64,000 bases of DNA, taken from positions 17,920,001 through 17,984,000 of the forward strand of contig NC_087250.1 in NCBI RefSeq assembly GCF_037042905.1, given 5' to 3'. The notes below the pieces were generated by a model. The model made no database searches. It saw only the letters and a program-made list of their open reading frames with translations, and had not been told where the DNA came from. Positions 24,735 through 37,395 of the stretch are shown in pieces; positions within the stretch are counted from its first letter, which is position 1; every line of letters begins with the position of its first letter. A program made the position numbers and the translations under genes. The DNA comes from Lytechinus pictus (lineage: Eukaryota).

Positions 24735-27700
24735 CTACAACAATGAAAAAAGATAGGTCTTGATTGATGTCTTGAAATTAGCTGTTGAGGTGGCTTCACG
24801 TAGTTGGGGTGGTAGAGAGTTCCATAAATGTGATGCAAGGGTGGTGAAGGCACGTTCTCCATAGTACTTGGTGTTGACTCTGGGAGTTTGGAGAAGGTTT
24901 AGATTGGCAGAACGGAGCTTTCTGTTAGGTACATAGAAATTGATGAGGTGTGAGATGTAGGAAGGAGAGTTACCATGCAATGCTTTAAAGACTAAGAGAA
25001 GGATTTTGTACTGGATACGTAGATGAATAGGAAGCCAATGGAGAGAGAGAAGAAGGGGTGTAATGTGCTCATGTCTGCGGGCCTTTAAGACTATCCTTGC
25101 GGCTATATTTTGAACCCGTTGAAGCTTCTTGATCTCTAAGTCAGGTAAATTTCCAAGCAGTGCATTGGATGAGTCCAGCCTCGAAGTCACAAATGCGTGA
25201 ACAAGCATTTCTGCAGTGCGCTGATCAAGATAGTCCCGAATGCCTCCTATCTTCCGAAGGGCCGCCATAGCTGAATTGAATATTCTATTTACATGGGCCT
25301 TCAAGGTAAAATGCTGATCAATCATGGCTCCGAGGTTTCGGGCAACTTCTCTACTGGGTATTTCTTCACCTCCTACGTGTATGCTGACATCGGGACAACA
25401 CCTCGAAAGGAACTTTGAGGTGAAATGTACTACCTCCGTCTTCTCGTCATTCATAGTCAGTTTGTTCATTGCAGACCACGCTCGGATGTCTCGGAGGCAG
25501 TTGTTGACTCTAGTAATGACAGAGTCTCTCTCGTCAGGACTGAAAATGCTGTAGACTTGGGTATCATCTGCATAGAACATGGATTCCATGTTATGGGCAC
25601 GGATGATGTCCTGTATGGGTGCGATATAGAGAGTAAAGAGGAGGGGGCCTATGACCGATCCCTGCGGGACTCCACATGCATCATCTACTTGTTTTGATAC
25701 AGCATTTCCAATCCTTACTGTATGACTGCGGCCATTCAGATAAGATTGTAACCAGTCAAGAACACTCCCGGAAAATCCGAAGCGTTGAGATAGTCTATCA
25801 ACCAGGATGGTATGGTCTATAGTATCAAATGCGGACGAATAGTCCAAAAGGACTAGTATAGCTTCCTTCTTTTGATCAAGTGCAAAAAGGATATCATTCT
25901 GTATGCGGAGGAGTGCTGTTTCAACGCTATGATGTGGTCGATACGCAGATTGTGTCTCTGCGTATAAGTCGTGGACAAGTAGATGATCTTGAATCTGCGT
26001 AACGACTGCCCTTTCTGTCACCTTGCATATATAGCTGATATTGGAAATTGGCCGGTAACTTGAGAGTTGCTCAGGAGGCAGAGAAGACTTTTTCAGCCGT
26101 GGGACCATGATGGACTTCTTCATATCTGATGGTACGATACCCGACTGAAGGCTCAAATTAACAATCTTTGTGACTGGATGAATGAGTTCAGGCAAGCATC
26201 TTTTAATGATAGATGTAGGCAGAGCATCAAGGTCGCATGTCGATGACGAAGTAGATTTGATGATACGTTTGATCTCTTCCTCTTGGACCAAATCAAACTC
26301 ATCGAATGTTGGACCGATGGGTTCGGAAACATCGACTGACAGTCTTTCATTTCTCTCTGAGACCAGAAGATTCTTCAGATTTCCTATTTTCTGCAAGAAG
26401 AAATCGGCAGATTCGTTTGCAAGCTTGCTAGCACAGTGATGCTCCGGAAGAACAGGTGTTACCTCAGGGGACGTAAGGTGATTAATGACCCGAAACAACT
26501 GCCTTTGATCAGAGTCCAATATCTTCTGCCGATAGTGCTGGACTCTGGTTTCTTTCAGGAGATCATTGTAGGCCTTGCACTTTGCAGCATAAATGTCTTT
26601 ATCAACCTGGAGTGAAGTCTTTATCATCTTCCTCTCTTGGCGTCTGCGTTGTTGCTTGGTTTTTCGAAGAGTATTCGTGTACCAAGGAGCATGGGGTCTA
26701 AGAATGACCTGCCTCTCACCTTTAGGAGCATGGTCATCAAGTTTCTTGCGCAGGTCGTTGTGATATTGAGAGATAAGAGACTCGAGGTTGTCTGATGGGT
26801 TCAAAAGCAATGAGCTTGAAGAAATGTCCTTACGAAAATGTTCAATGTCAATTGTCTTCATAAGCCTAGAAACTACAGCTTTCCTAACTGCCTTCGGTCT
26901 GGCCATTTGTATATGACAAGTGACTATGTGGTGATCAGATGGTAGTGGACTTGAAGCAGCTACATTTGAGACTAGATTGTCTTCAGACCGTGAGATGATA
27001 AGGTCTAAAGTATGTCCACTTTTGTGTGTTGCCGATTGCACATGGTTACTGAGACCTGTGTCAAGAAAAGTGGATGCATTCTGGTTCTCTTTGCTGTCCA
27101 CATGCAGGTTGAAATCCCCGACGAGGAGAACTTTACCACTTAGCGACTGTATCGTTTCCAGCAGTGACGAGAATTCCCGGAAGAATGTTCCAGGTGTTTG
27201 CACATTCTTCTTGCTGCAGGGTGGCCTATAAAGAACAATCAGACGTAGCTGGCATGTCGACGAAGTCGAAAGTGTCAAATCAATGTATTCAAAAGAGGAG
27301 AACTTAGCCAAGCCATTCTGATGGACATTAAATCCTTTGTGAAGTAGGACACCGACTCCACCCCCATTCGAACCACGAGGAATGTGATAGATATTAAAAT
27401 GAGGCAATGTCCTTTGGATAGTGGCCACAGCTTGATCATCTCTCTCTGAATCAGTGAGCCATGTTTCTGTCACTGCTATGGCATCAATGTGGTTGCTAAT
27501 AACAAAGTCGCATAAGGCTGATGCCTTTCCACGTGCTTTGAGAGACCTTGCATTCCATAATGCGAATCGTATAGGCGATACTCGAGGATCTGATGGTATC
27601 CTTGTTGGTATGATAAGATTCATCCTGTTTATTCCTCGATTAGGGCCTGCAGGTCGAAAAGAACATTCTCTGTGATCACATGGTAGAGGCCTTAGTGGTT

Positions 27701-28157
27701 TCGCATGGGTCCCAGAAAGTTTTCTGTTTACCCCACCACGGCTTTTTCGCACTCGGGCTATGTTAAGATCATTCAGCCTTTTCCAATGTTGATCTTCCAG
27801 TCTATTCAATGGACTATTTCTAATTGTCCGCTTGATATTGAATAGCTCCTTCTTGGTGTAGCGCTGGACCATAGTATAAGACCCATTGTCGGAGCACTGG
27901 TTCGTGATATAAGACCCATTGTCGTAGCCTTGGACCGTGTTATAAGACCCATTGTCGTAGAGCTGAGCCATGCTATAAGTCCCATTGTCAATGATGATCA
28001 TTAAGGTTGATCTACATAAAAGAGCAAGGACAATGGAAGCCCAACTTGAGTCACCTTGTACAAGCATGAGTGATCGTTGCTGAAAAAATGGCTCTCTGGT
28101 AGGGTGCTTTCCAAGGCCAACTCTGGGGAGGCTTATCAGGCAGTCCTGTGTGAACAA
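24735..28157 (-). CDS. LINE ORF2: AP-endonuclease and reverse transcriptase
   Basis: 1140-aa ORF with WNARSL, TETW, GDFN, TLDL, SDH, YRPIS, QSAYR, GVPQGS, YADD and C-terminal LHWLP. Confidence 0.95.
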   Translation of the reverse strand: MFTQDCLISLPRVGLGKHPTREPFFQQRSLMLVQGDSSWASIVLALLCRSTLMIIIDNGTYSMAQLYDNGSYNTVQGYDNGSYITNQCSDNGSYTMVQRYTKKELFNIKRTIRNSPLNRLEDQHWKRLNDLNIARVRKSRGGVNRKLSGTHAKPLRPLPCDHRECSFRPAGPNRGINRMNLIIPTRIPSDPRVSPIRFALWNARSLKARGKASALCDFVISNHIDAIAVTETWLTDSERDDQAVATIQRTLPHFNIYHIPRGSNGGGVGVLLHKGFNVHQNGLAKFSSFEYIDLTLSTSSTCQLRLIVLYRPPCSKKNVQTPGTFFREFSSLLETIQSLSGKVLLVGDFNLHVDSKENQNASTFLDTGLSNHVQSATHKSGHTLDLIISRSEDNLVSNVAASSPLPSDHHIVTCHIQMARPKAVRKAVVSRLMKTIDIEHFRKDISSSSLLLNPSDNLESLISQYHNDLRKKLDDHAPKGERQVILRPHAPWYTNTLRKTKQQRRRQERKMIKTSLQVDKDIYAAKCKAYNDLLKETRVQHYRQKILDSDQRQLFRVINHLTSPEVTPVLPEHHCASKLANESADFFLQKIGNLKNLLVSERNERLSVDVSEPIGPTFDEFDLVQEEEIKRIIKSTSSSTCDLDALPTSIIKRCLPELIHPVTKIVNLSLQSGIVPSDMKKSIMVPRLKKSSLPPEQLSSYRPISNISYICKVTERAVVTQIQDHLLVHDLYAETQSAYRPHHSVETALLRIQNDILFALDQKKEAILVLLDYSSAFDTIDHTILVDRLSQRFGFSGSVLDWLQSYLNGRSHTVRIGNAVSKQVDDACGVPQGSVIGPLLFTLYIAPIQDIIRAHNMESMFYADDTQVYSIFSPDERDSVITRVNNCLRDIRAWSAMNKLTMNDEKTEVVHFTSKFLSRCCPDVSIHVGGEEIPSREVARNLGAMIDQHFTLKAHVNRIFNSAMAALRKIGGIRDYLDQRTAEMLVHAFVTSRLDSSNALLGNLPDLEIKKLQRVQNIAARIVLKARRHEHITPLLLSLHWLPIHLRIQYKILLLVFKALHGNSPSYISHLINFYVPNRKLRSANLNLLQTPRVNTKYYGERAFTTLASHLWNSLPPQLREATSTANFKTSIKTYLFSLL
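27858..27989 (-). repeat. 33-bp coding tandem repeat x4 (DNGSYxxxQxY)
   Basis: Seen in DNA (ataagacccattgtc) and in the protein. Confidence 0.9.
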
Positions 28158-29014
28158 ATATTCTGACCAGGCCGTCTAGTACCTCAAATTTCTGCAGACA
28201 CAATTCTCCGTAATACAAAAAATGACTGAGAATTCTTCATAAAAAAGTTCCAGTATGCTCAATAAGTAAATATTACATCAAAAATATAAGTTCCTGAGTG
28301 TTAGTCAACGAAAAAACAGAATTTTAGGCACAGAAATCTTAAGCGGTCATAAAAGACCCTGCTGCCAGAGTGGTGGCGCTACAATAACAATCAGATGGTC
28401 ATTTTTACTTTTTTGTACACGGTTTTGGAAAAAGTGGAGTGGGGGCTGAGGCCCCCTCAACCCCCCCCCCCCCGGTTCCGCAGCCCCTTCAAACATATGG
28501 AACCATGTTTATTTGTACACGTATGTAGGAATTATATGTACACAAGAAATTGAAGAGTGAAATTGACAAATCAAATACCAATCGAAAGATAATAAGCTAC
28601 ACAACAAGGCAAACAATGCTTTCAGGCTGAGTATTTAGCCTAAGAAAAGCCCCGATAAGCGGACCTTTATTATGCTTATCAACAGCCTTGACATCATTCT
28701 TTGATTATGTTTGCCCACAATAATGGATGATTAAATATTTTTGCTTCACGGATTGCGCTTTTGATGTACCTCACTTCTATCGCATACATAACAAATAATA
28801 GATGATACCTATACACAGCTTTAGACTAGAAATGCTTTCCATGTTTTGCCAAACTTATTTGGCGCAACTTTGTATTCCGGGGGGGGGGGGTACTTCCATT
28901 GACGACTGAATACCATGCGCGACCATGGGGTCTCGAAAAGCACCCTAAATACTTATTTTCCATATTAATGAAAATGCACCCCTTAACAAGTATTGGCGTG
29001 TGAAACCCTACCCA

Positions 29015-29130
29015 AATTGTGCTGCACTCGAACCAGGTGAGATAAATGGGTACCCGGCAGGATTAATTCCTTGAATGCATGAACGCTGAAAGGCAGCTCG
29101 AGCTAAAGCCGGGGTAATAATAATAATAAC
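29015..29130 (+). mobile_element. SINE body fragment, related to 29745..30090
   Basis: tgtgctgcactcgaaccaggtgagataaatgggtacccgg..gggtaataataa. Confidence 0.7.
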
Positions 29131-29394
29131 AGTCCTGAAAATTGATTGTTAAGCAGTGTTGTGTTGTATATCTTACAGAACAATTAATGCTAGAGCGAAG
29201 CGCGATTAGAAATATCTTTCATTTTATTTAGTTTATTTCATTAGAAACAATAAATAAACCAAGTAAATTAATACAATCATAACGGATCAATGTCATCAAC
29301 AATGTTATCATTGTTACGGATTTTTGTTTGTTTTAGGGGGAGTCAGTGGGGACAATGAGTCTAACGCCATGTCTTGCTCCTAAAACTTTTAGAC

Positions 29395-29742
29395 TCATGT
29401 ACACCCGCCTTTACCTCAAACTTCTAAGACAACTCAGAACCTACTTTAACTCTTTGTTTTGGTTCCTTCATACAAACTCATCACTGGGATCCTATAAACA
29501 TTGACTCTGGTATACCTCTCTTCTTCATCGCCCGGCCCATTCCTTAGCCAAAGCCATATTGCTTCTTCCCTTCAGCCCGATATTCCTAATGCAACCTTCT
29601 CAAAATGAATACTGCATAATTATCCGTCGTACCTTTCCCTGGCATAAAACCAAAGTGTATCTCATCCACTTCCACCTTTCTCCAAATTCTCTTGGACCCT
29701 CTCAACAATTATTCATTGCATGTTCGAATTACTTCAAACCCC
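29395..29742 (-). mobile_element. RTE-clade LINE reverse-transcriptase fragment
   Basis: Broken minus-strand translation: FGFMPGKGTTD..FILRRL, MKKRGIPE, VMSLYEGTKT, FEVKAGVH. Confidence 0.75.
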
Positions 29743-29744
29743 TA

Positions 29745-30090
29745 TAATAATAATAATAGTAGTAGTAGTAGTAGTAGTAGTACTACTTCTACTAGTAGTA
29801 GTAATAGTAATAATACTATGGGTATATTTACCCAGGGAAGCCACTTCAGTTTTGAAAACTGTTCTCCCAGCAGCTCCTGCTATCATTATTACCCAGGGTT
29901 TAGCTGGGCTGACTAGGTGCTCAAGCATTCGAGGAATTTCTTCCTACCGGGTACCCATTCACCTCACCTGGGTTGAGTGCAGCACAATGTGGATTAACTT
30001 CTTGCTGAAGGAAACTACGCCATGGCTGCGATTCAAACCCACGGCCTCTGTTTCAAAGTCAGAAGACTAATCCACTGGGCCACATCGCTC
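29745..30090 (-). mobile_element. tRNA-derived SINE with microsatellite tail
   Basis: A box TGGCCCAGTGG, B-box-like GTTTGAATC, core cccaggtgaggtgaatgggtacc, (TAC/TAT)n tail. Confidence 0.85.
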
Positions 30091-30394
30091 ATATACGCAC
30101 CACAGTTCGTTGCATCCCTTCTGACTAAAAAAGAATGAACCACTACACACTCACTGCCCATTCTGGAAGATGTGTAACCCAAATGACCTTCATTTTGGAG
30201 TAAAACCGCTTTTTTTTTTTTTTTTTTTTTTTTGGCGTTTCAAATTTAGGCCTACCATCATTCAGCACACCGGGTCAGTAAAAAAATATCGTTGGGAAAA
30301 GTCAATAAAAGATAAAAGTAGTTTGCAAAATATGGATTTCATTGCACCAAACACGCATTGAAGTGGCGTGCAGTTTTATAACATAAAACGGTTA

Positions 30395-30426
<32 letters not shown>

Positions 30427-30522
30427 GGGGAGAGAGAGGGTGGGCATGTTCCATTGATGGTTGAGTGATCAGTTCATGCAAAAACTTATTGTTCAGTTGA
30501 GCATCAGTCGTTATGTGTGTAA

Positions 30523-33500
30523 AGGCGGTTTTCCACTAGGGCGCGGACAAGACCAGGAAGGGTTGCGGAAGCTACTTTTGTCATTTCGGCATGCTGTCCG
30601 CAACCAATTTCCGTAAAAGATTATGCAAATGATCTTGTCCTAGGACACAGCGAGACTGTCTGCGTATTGTCGTAGGACATTCTTGGGACTGTCCTAGGAC
30701 AAGATTATCTAAATAAATTTGTCGGCGTTCGGTGCGGAGAGCATGCAGATCGTATTAGGACAGAACCGGAGACATTTAGGACAACGTCACGAGTGGTAAA
30801 TTCAAGGACTAGGACAATCGGACAACTGGCGAATACTCCATGAAAATTAACGTTCATATATTTTTTTATGAATTTAGGGGTGTTATTTGGGTTTTTTTTT
30901 TAACCACAAAGACTATATAGGATTTTCTTTTATTTCAAATCAAATTGCATACATTGGTCATGTTGGTGGAAATCCCAGGGGACAGGGGCGACGCGTCCCC
31001 TCACTTTTTGGAAAGGGGGGCGCATTTGATATCAAATGCCCCCCCCCCCTCCTCCCCACTTTTTGGAACGAGCAAAAAAGATTAAAAAAAATAGAAAGAG
31101 AGGGAAAAGAACCAGAAGGGAAAAGAGGAGAGAAAATGAAGAGAAAAACAAGAGGAGAAAGACGAGTGAATTAGATAAGATGAGGGCGGGGGGGGGGGGG
31201 GATTTTCATGTCACTGTGTTAAATGCTCGCATTCCCTAATCTATGAGATACATAACTTGCTCAATAGACTTATATTGAGCTTAAAACTTCAAGTTTTGAA
31301 GTAAATTTACAAAGCATTTCTCGGACTTTAAGTTATCAATATGTTTGATTTACAAATAGATTTTATAGTTTTCTGTAAAATAACTATATTTTATGGTCTA
31401 CATATGAACATTTTCCGCTCGCGCTGCGCGATAGCATTATTTGATTTGTCAAATAACTATTCTCTTCGTGTATTCCATAATTTTTTGAAAAATATCCCTT
31501 TTTAGGCTGGTCTGATTGAGAATAGTATCAGCTAAAGCTGCGCGCTTGTATTTTGATTGGGGAGTTATGTATACCTGTATCAATTGTAACAAATTATTTT
31601 AAATTCTTCTTTCATGACAGTTTATCAAAAATTTCGGCTCGCAATTTGCGCTCGAATTATTTTTGTTACAAATATATTAACCCATGCATCCTATTCATGA
31701 TTACAAAATGTCCAGTTTTCTGACCTTAATATCAATTTCGCGCCCTCATTGGGCTTATTAGACTAATAAGTAAGATGATAATATTTTCATGATTTCCTAA
31801 TAATCATTGTCCGTTTTTTTTTCAGAATGGAATATCGACAAGTTTCATCTCTCGCTTAGGAAGATAGTCATCATAGTCATATGAAGACAAAAAATGTCCT
31901 TAAAATGTCCCGGTCGCAACTTAAAATATATGTAATGATAAATATATCAACTTGAGCTTCGCACTCGCATCATTTATTAAGCGCAATCTATATCTAATTC
32001 GCAACTGCGCTTAAATTTTTTTTTTTTTGGATCGGAAAATCAAATATCTTTAGCTCGCTCATCGCGCTCTTATTATTGATATTATAATAAAGAATGTAAT
32101 TAGAATGTCCAGATTCTAGGTCTGAATCTAAACACGCGCACGCATGTTTATTTAGATACGAATCTTGTGCCAGTTTCAGATCAGATTATCAAATTATTAA
32201 TGTAGGAATATTATCCATTTATCCAATTATCCATCCTTTTCCTGATTTACAAAACGTGAGATGTCGAATTTCGTTTCAGCTCGCGCTTCGCGCTCACATC
32301 AAGTGTATAATCATACCCCTATCCTTTTCATGCTTTTAAAAGGTGCTTAGAATGCCCAGTATTTAGGTCGGAATGTAAAAAATGTTCAGCTCGCGCTTCG
32401 CGCTCGTATTATTTGACTGTTGAAATATGTAGGCTAAAGGAAAGTGTGTTTTTTCGGTGTAATGTAGTATTCACTTTTTGAAAGCAGATTTTGTGCATTT
32501 TTATACATAACAATAAATTATCTCGGATCTTGATTTTTTTTTTCAACTATAGTAACTTTAAAAAGACTGCATATGTTCATAGCAAAGTCGGAGCTCTCTT
32601 TACAACATTACTTTTTTGTAATTTTTCCACAAATTAATACATATATTACAAAAGAGGAAGAAAACAGGAAGTTAGGATGCAAATTGCATTCGACAGGCAC
32701 ATGCGGATCAAGGGGCGAGGTGGTCTTGCTCCCCCTTAAAAAAAGTACAAACAGAAGAAAATTAAGTGAAATGGAAAGGGAAACTTAAAAAAATTTTATG
32801 GTGGAAAAGAAAGGGGGTGCCGTGCTGATAACGGCCCTCCTCTCTCTCTGCTGCTGGCTTACCCCTCCCAGTATTAAAGAGATATACAAACAGCTCAAAA
32901 GAAATAGGAATAAACAAAGGAGATGAATTAAATGAGGTGAAATAGAATCAAGTAGGAAAAAAAATTGCGATCATGAACAGAAAATAATTGGCCGAGATTA
33001 TGAATGTGTACGATTAAAAATATAAGTTTCAATTTTTTGGACGAAAATGTGAATCCAGTGTCTAATCGCCTTTGCCTCCTCTTGTACCAATTGAAATAGA
33101 CTAAGAAAGAAAATGTAAATGGGCAATTCCAGGATGCCGAATGCGATCGCTACGCCCTATTGGCTTCGTAAAAAAAGGAAAAATGGAATAACCAATGAAG
33201 AGGGGAAAAAGGAAGAAGAGTGAAGAAATTGACAGACCTGCAGACGGGGAGAATATCAGCGTTTCAGCTAGGTCAATTTGTAAAAAATAACGGTTCATTT
33301 CGCGCTTCATACTTTCAATAGTTTAATTATAAGAAGATTGTGCACGCTGTTCATTTTTAAGAAAAACACTTAGGTCTTTTCGTCTTTTCTTTTTCGTCCT
33401 TGATGTTTGAAAGAAGTAAGTTCGCGCTTCGCGCTCATATTCTATGTTTATGAGAAACATGTTTTGTGTACGACTTTTTTCAGGAAGGCCTATTTTCTTG

Positions 33501-34932
33501 TAAAGAGTCGTGGTGTAGTGGTTCTGACTCCCGCCTTGTAAACAGAGAGTCGTGTGTTCGATTCCCATCGCGGTCTATAAACCGTCCTTTGGCAAGACGT
33601 ATTGCACACCTTGCCACTCTCCACCCAGGTGCTAAATGGGTACCCGGTTGGATGCGAAAGTTATTGTATGCTGGATTTGGCCAGCACAATTTTGAGGTTG
33701 CGATGAATGCAAGGAATGCTTCCTAGGGTGTGGAAATTGTGCACTTTTCATGCGGGATTGAAATGAATCCTGGGGTAAATCGTTTTGCCCCTGCTGTAAA
33801 TCGTTTTAAGCCGTTCTGAGAAAAGCGATATTTATAAACTTGCTATCATTTATTATTATTATTTCTTATTAATGACATCTCATTCATTATCAAACAAAGT
33901 GCTTAAAATGCAATAGGAATATAAACTTGAATTTCAATTTGAAATCTATACCTGTATTATTAGTTTTGTTATGATATATGTCCTATTCGTAAAGTCAAGC
34001 GCTGCCTATACGGTCCTTTTTTCAGTCGAGTACATTAAAATAATCTAGTTCATAATCAAACGTTGCATTAAACATCTTTTTATGTTCAGTACAGAACAAA
34101 ATAATCTCCTCGCATCATTGCTAGCTTAACTATTGCAAGACATATTTGAAAAGTCCACTTTTCGGATCAGTAAAAAATGCTTGAAATATTTCCCTTCAAG
34201 TCTGTAAACCCCCCCCCCCCCCCACAAAAAAAAATCAACTCGTGCTTCGCGCTCGCGTAATATGTTTAAAACACTGCTTGAAATATTAAGTTCGCAGGTT
34301 TGTTAAGTGATATACTAATTATGCCCCTTGACCCCGTACTTTGTTACTTTTTGTAATTTTCTTGTCTTGTATTATCCCGTTGCCCCATCTAGTGCACTGA
34401 CCACAAATGGCTTTTGCTACTTGTGTACTCGTTCCATACATATTAGCATTGGATCAACACATTCCTGAATCACTCCGCTTGCCTTCCTATTCCAGTCTGA
34501 AAGTTCCTGAAACAGTCCGCTTGCCTTCTCATTCCTGTCCGCACGTTCCTGAAACTGTCCGCTTGTCTTCTCATTCCAATCCGCACGTTCCTGAAACGTT
34601 CCGCATGGCTTCTTCTTTTCTTCTTGAGGTTGACCTGATTGCGGATGGTTTCCGGAAGACGCGGAAGGGTTTAGGAAGGGCAGGACATCATCAGGACATC
34701 GTCAGGACAGGGTCCCGAAGGTGTCGGGAATTCAATATCCGCGTCCAAATTTTGGTCTCGACCAAAATTTGGATGCGGACAAATTTTGATTTCCCGAACA
34801 CCAGGAAGGGTTTAGGACAGGGTGCGGACACTCCCAGGAATGTCCGGACAGGTTGCGGAAGGGTCGCGGATTGCAATTATTACATTCCGCGCGTTGTCCT
34901 GACGCTGTCCTGGCCCTAGTGGAAAAGGGGTA
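30523..34932. mobile_element. Harbinger-type element with nested insertions
   Basis: TIR core ttttccactagggc at both ends, TAA on both flanks, GGACA-rich subterminal repeats. Confidence 0.7.
33505..33862 (+). mobile_element. tRNA-derived SINE
   Basis: A box tggtgtagtgg, B box gttcgattcc, core cacccaggtgctaaatgggtacc, LINE-like tail with (ATT)n. Confidence 0.85.
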
Positions 34933-35287
34933 TAAGGCGTCATTCCAAGCAATGAAAGGAAAGCGATATTGAATTAATAATAGTTATTAATGAACCTTGA
35001 CAAGTATCTGTTTTGTATAAGCCTCTGTGTTCTTGCTGCACTATGATAGTAGACATCTGAAATCAGCCTGTTGCATGTTCGGAACAGTTTGTAAACACTT
35101 TTTTTTTTTACTTTTTCAAATTTCTTTTCGCACCCCGGAGGGGGGGGGGGGGGGGAGGGTCACTGCCATTAAACAGTGGGCAGCATCCACGACAAATGAA
35201 ACGCGGAAAAGGGGGTGTTTTTCACGGGTCGGAACGGAACGCGAATACAGTGTCAAAAACGCCCAAAATGAAAAAAAAAGGCCTCTA

Positions 35288-35484
35288 CACAGTAACAAAA
35301 TATATACAACGCTGTTTACTATATAAGAACCTTACAGTAATTGTTAAATCTTAAGCAACAAAGTTTAATTTTCAATATCTAATCTTCAATAAATTAAACA
35401 TGATTATTTAAACGGTTAAACAAATACTGTAAGGTTCATTTAGTAAACAACGTTGTATAAAATCTTAAACAGCGTTTCACTGTG
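35288..35484. mobile_element. Foldback MITE with CACAG termini
   Basis: ta|cacagt..actgtg|ta; internal ccttacagta / tactgtaagg inversion. Confidence 0.65.
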
Positions 35485-35951
35485 TAAATCACAATGGCCT
35501 ACAACGCGAATATAGTTGCAATTTTCACCAACTGCGACGTCAAGGCCGTCAGGGTTCGAATCTCCCAATATTTACTCTGTACCAAACACAGGAAAGGGGG
35601 ATATTTTCCCAACGTGACAGAGATTAAAAAATGTTTTAAACATTATCTTTTACATGTGGAATAAAATGTTGAGATCGGCATCTTCCATTCAGTATATTGA
35701 CCTGTGAGTCAACAGTTATATCATTTTCAAATTAATAAATAAATAATAATTTTTGCTCAATGTGTAAAAGTTCATGAGTTAGCATGAATATAATAACAAG
35801 AACATTTTTTCATCTACACAAGATCAAGGAGAAAATTTAATCCTATATATAAAGCCTTGATTAGATTGTATTTGTGGTCCCCGCCAGGTCATCATCCAAC
35901 CAACCTATAGAGAAGATAGAATATGGATCCGAAATGAATACAGAGGATTAG

Positions 35952-36884
35952 AGGGGAAGTTCACCCTGAGGAACAGTTTGTTGTTAAAATAGCAGAAAAG
36001 ATTATATAAAACATTGGTGAATGCTTAAGGATAATACATTAATTATTGAAATACATTCAAAGATTTAAAAAGTTAATAGAATTTCAATTTTGAGATTTGT
36101 GACGTCTTAAACGGGCAGCTGCTCCATATGTTATGTATTATAAAATGCATGAAATCTCGTCTTTTTAATGGTTTGTGATGACTTATTTTTTTCTATTTGC
36201 TTCTAGGAGCGGGTGTGATTAATGTTTTGTGTATTGATATACTCAAGGTACAAGAAAAAACTTCTATTTTCTGAGAAAATGACATTTCATTGGTTTTTTA
36301 GCATGTACCAAAGCTGCTCGCATATGACGTCACAAATCAAATACCTTTTTATTTTTTGATGGATTTTTTCAATTTTTGTTTGTCTTTCTGCTATAATAAG
36401 CCAGTTCGTAGTTCCTTTCTGCGCATGATCAAAAGATTCTGCGCATGATCAGAGGAAGGTCATTTGTACCAAAATGATATGGTGGTTTAAAATCTAATGA
36501 GATAAGCACTAACTTTGATGTCTTGATTATTCATATATTCTTTTGAATTGTGTTTTTCATTTACATCCAAAAACAACAACAATGCGTCCATGAACGACTG
36601 GTATTTCACAGTTTGCCAAGTACATTGTGCAACATGCTATGATATGCATTCAAAGAAGGAATGCAACAATTACCTTTATAAAGTGTTCATTGGTGTGCTA
36701 TTCTAGTCACCTGGTCTATTCAATTTCTTCATCCTGCTATGTAAGGCATGCTTACGTAATATCTTGCTTAGAAATCTGCCTATCATAATGAAAGAAATGA
36801 AAGGTCATTATGACCAAAATTGTCCATGAAGTAACTACGAACTGGTCTATTACAATAAACTTTTTGTCAGGGTGAACTTCCCCA
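35952..36884. mobile_element. Kolobok-type MITE, older
   Basis: TIR ggggaagttcaccctga / tcagggtgaacttcccc; degenerate TTAA flanks. Confidence 0.65.
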
Positions 36885-36974
36885 TTGAGCCCGCGTTCAG
36901 AAGCTGCTTCAATAAAGTATCCGAAAGTCTCCCAGGACAAAATTATATGAAACCCCTTGAACATCCGCTGAATT

Positions 36975-37395
36975 TTCAATTGATTCCAATTGCTTTCAAT
37001 TTGGATTCAATTGGTATCAGTCTGTGGGTTTCAATAGGTCCAAATTAGAAACCAATTCAGGTCCTATATTGTAGGGTCAATTGGTCTCAATTCGGCCAAC
37101 TGGCCTCATTAGAATTGAATGTTGGGACCAATTGATGTAATTGGTCCCAATGTGTCTTCAAAAGGTCTTCAATTGGTCCCCAACAGCATTATAATGGGAC
37201 CCAGTAAATGCCCGATTGGTTTCAGACTCATTTTGATTGGACCCACTGGGCCACTTGGTCCCCGAATTGGTTTTATTTGGGACCAAGTGTCAATTGGGTT
37301 CAATTGGGACAAACAGTCAATTGGTTTCAATTGGGACAAACAGTCAATTGGTTTCAATTGGGACAGGGAAACCAATTGGCTTCATTTGGGATCAT
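36975..37395. repeat. CAATTG-rich minisatellite, including a 27-bp unit x3
   Basis: caattggtttcaattgggacaaacagt repeated at about 37291-37370. Confidence 0.8.

Larger units (their letters stand above)
24428..28380 (-). mobile_element. L2/CR1-group non-LTR retrotransposon with one intact ORF
   Basis: APE+RT ORF, 3' stem-loop (agcgcata..tatgcgct) and (ATT)n tail at 24428-24457; 5' boundary approximate. Confidence 0.92.

Noticed and set aside
34407..34919. 170-aa ORF as a host gene
   Set aside because: It lies in the subterminal repeats of the Harbinger-type element, with no recognisable domain.
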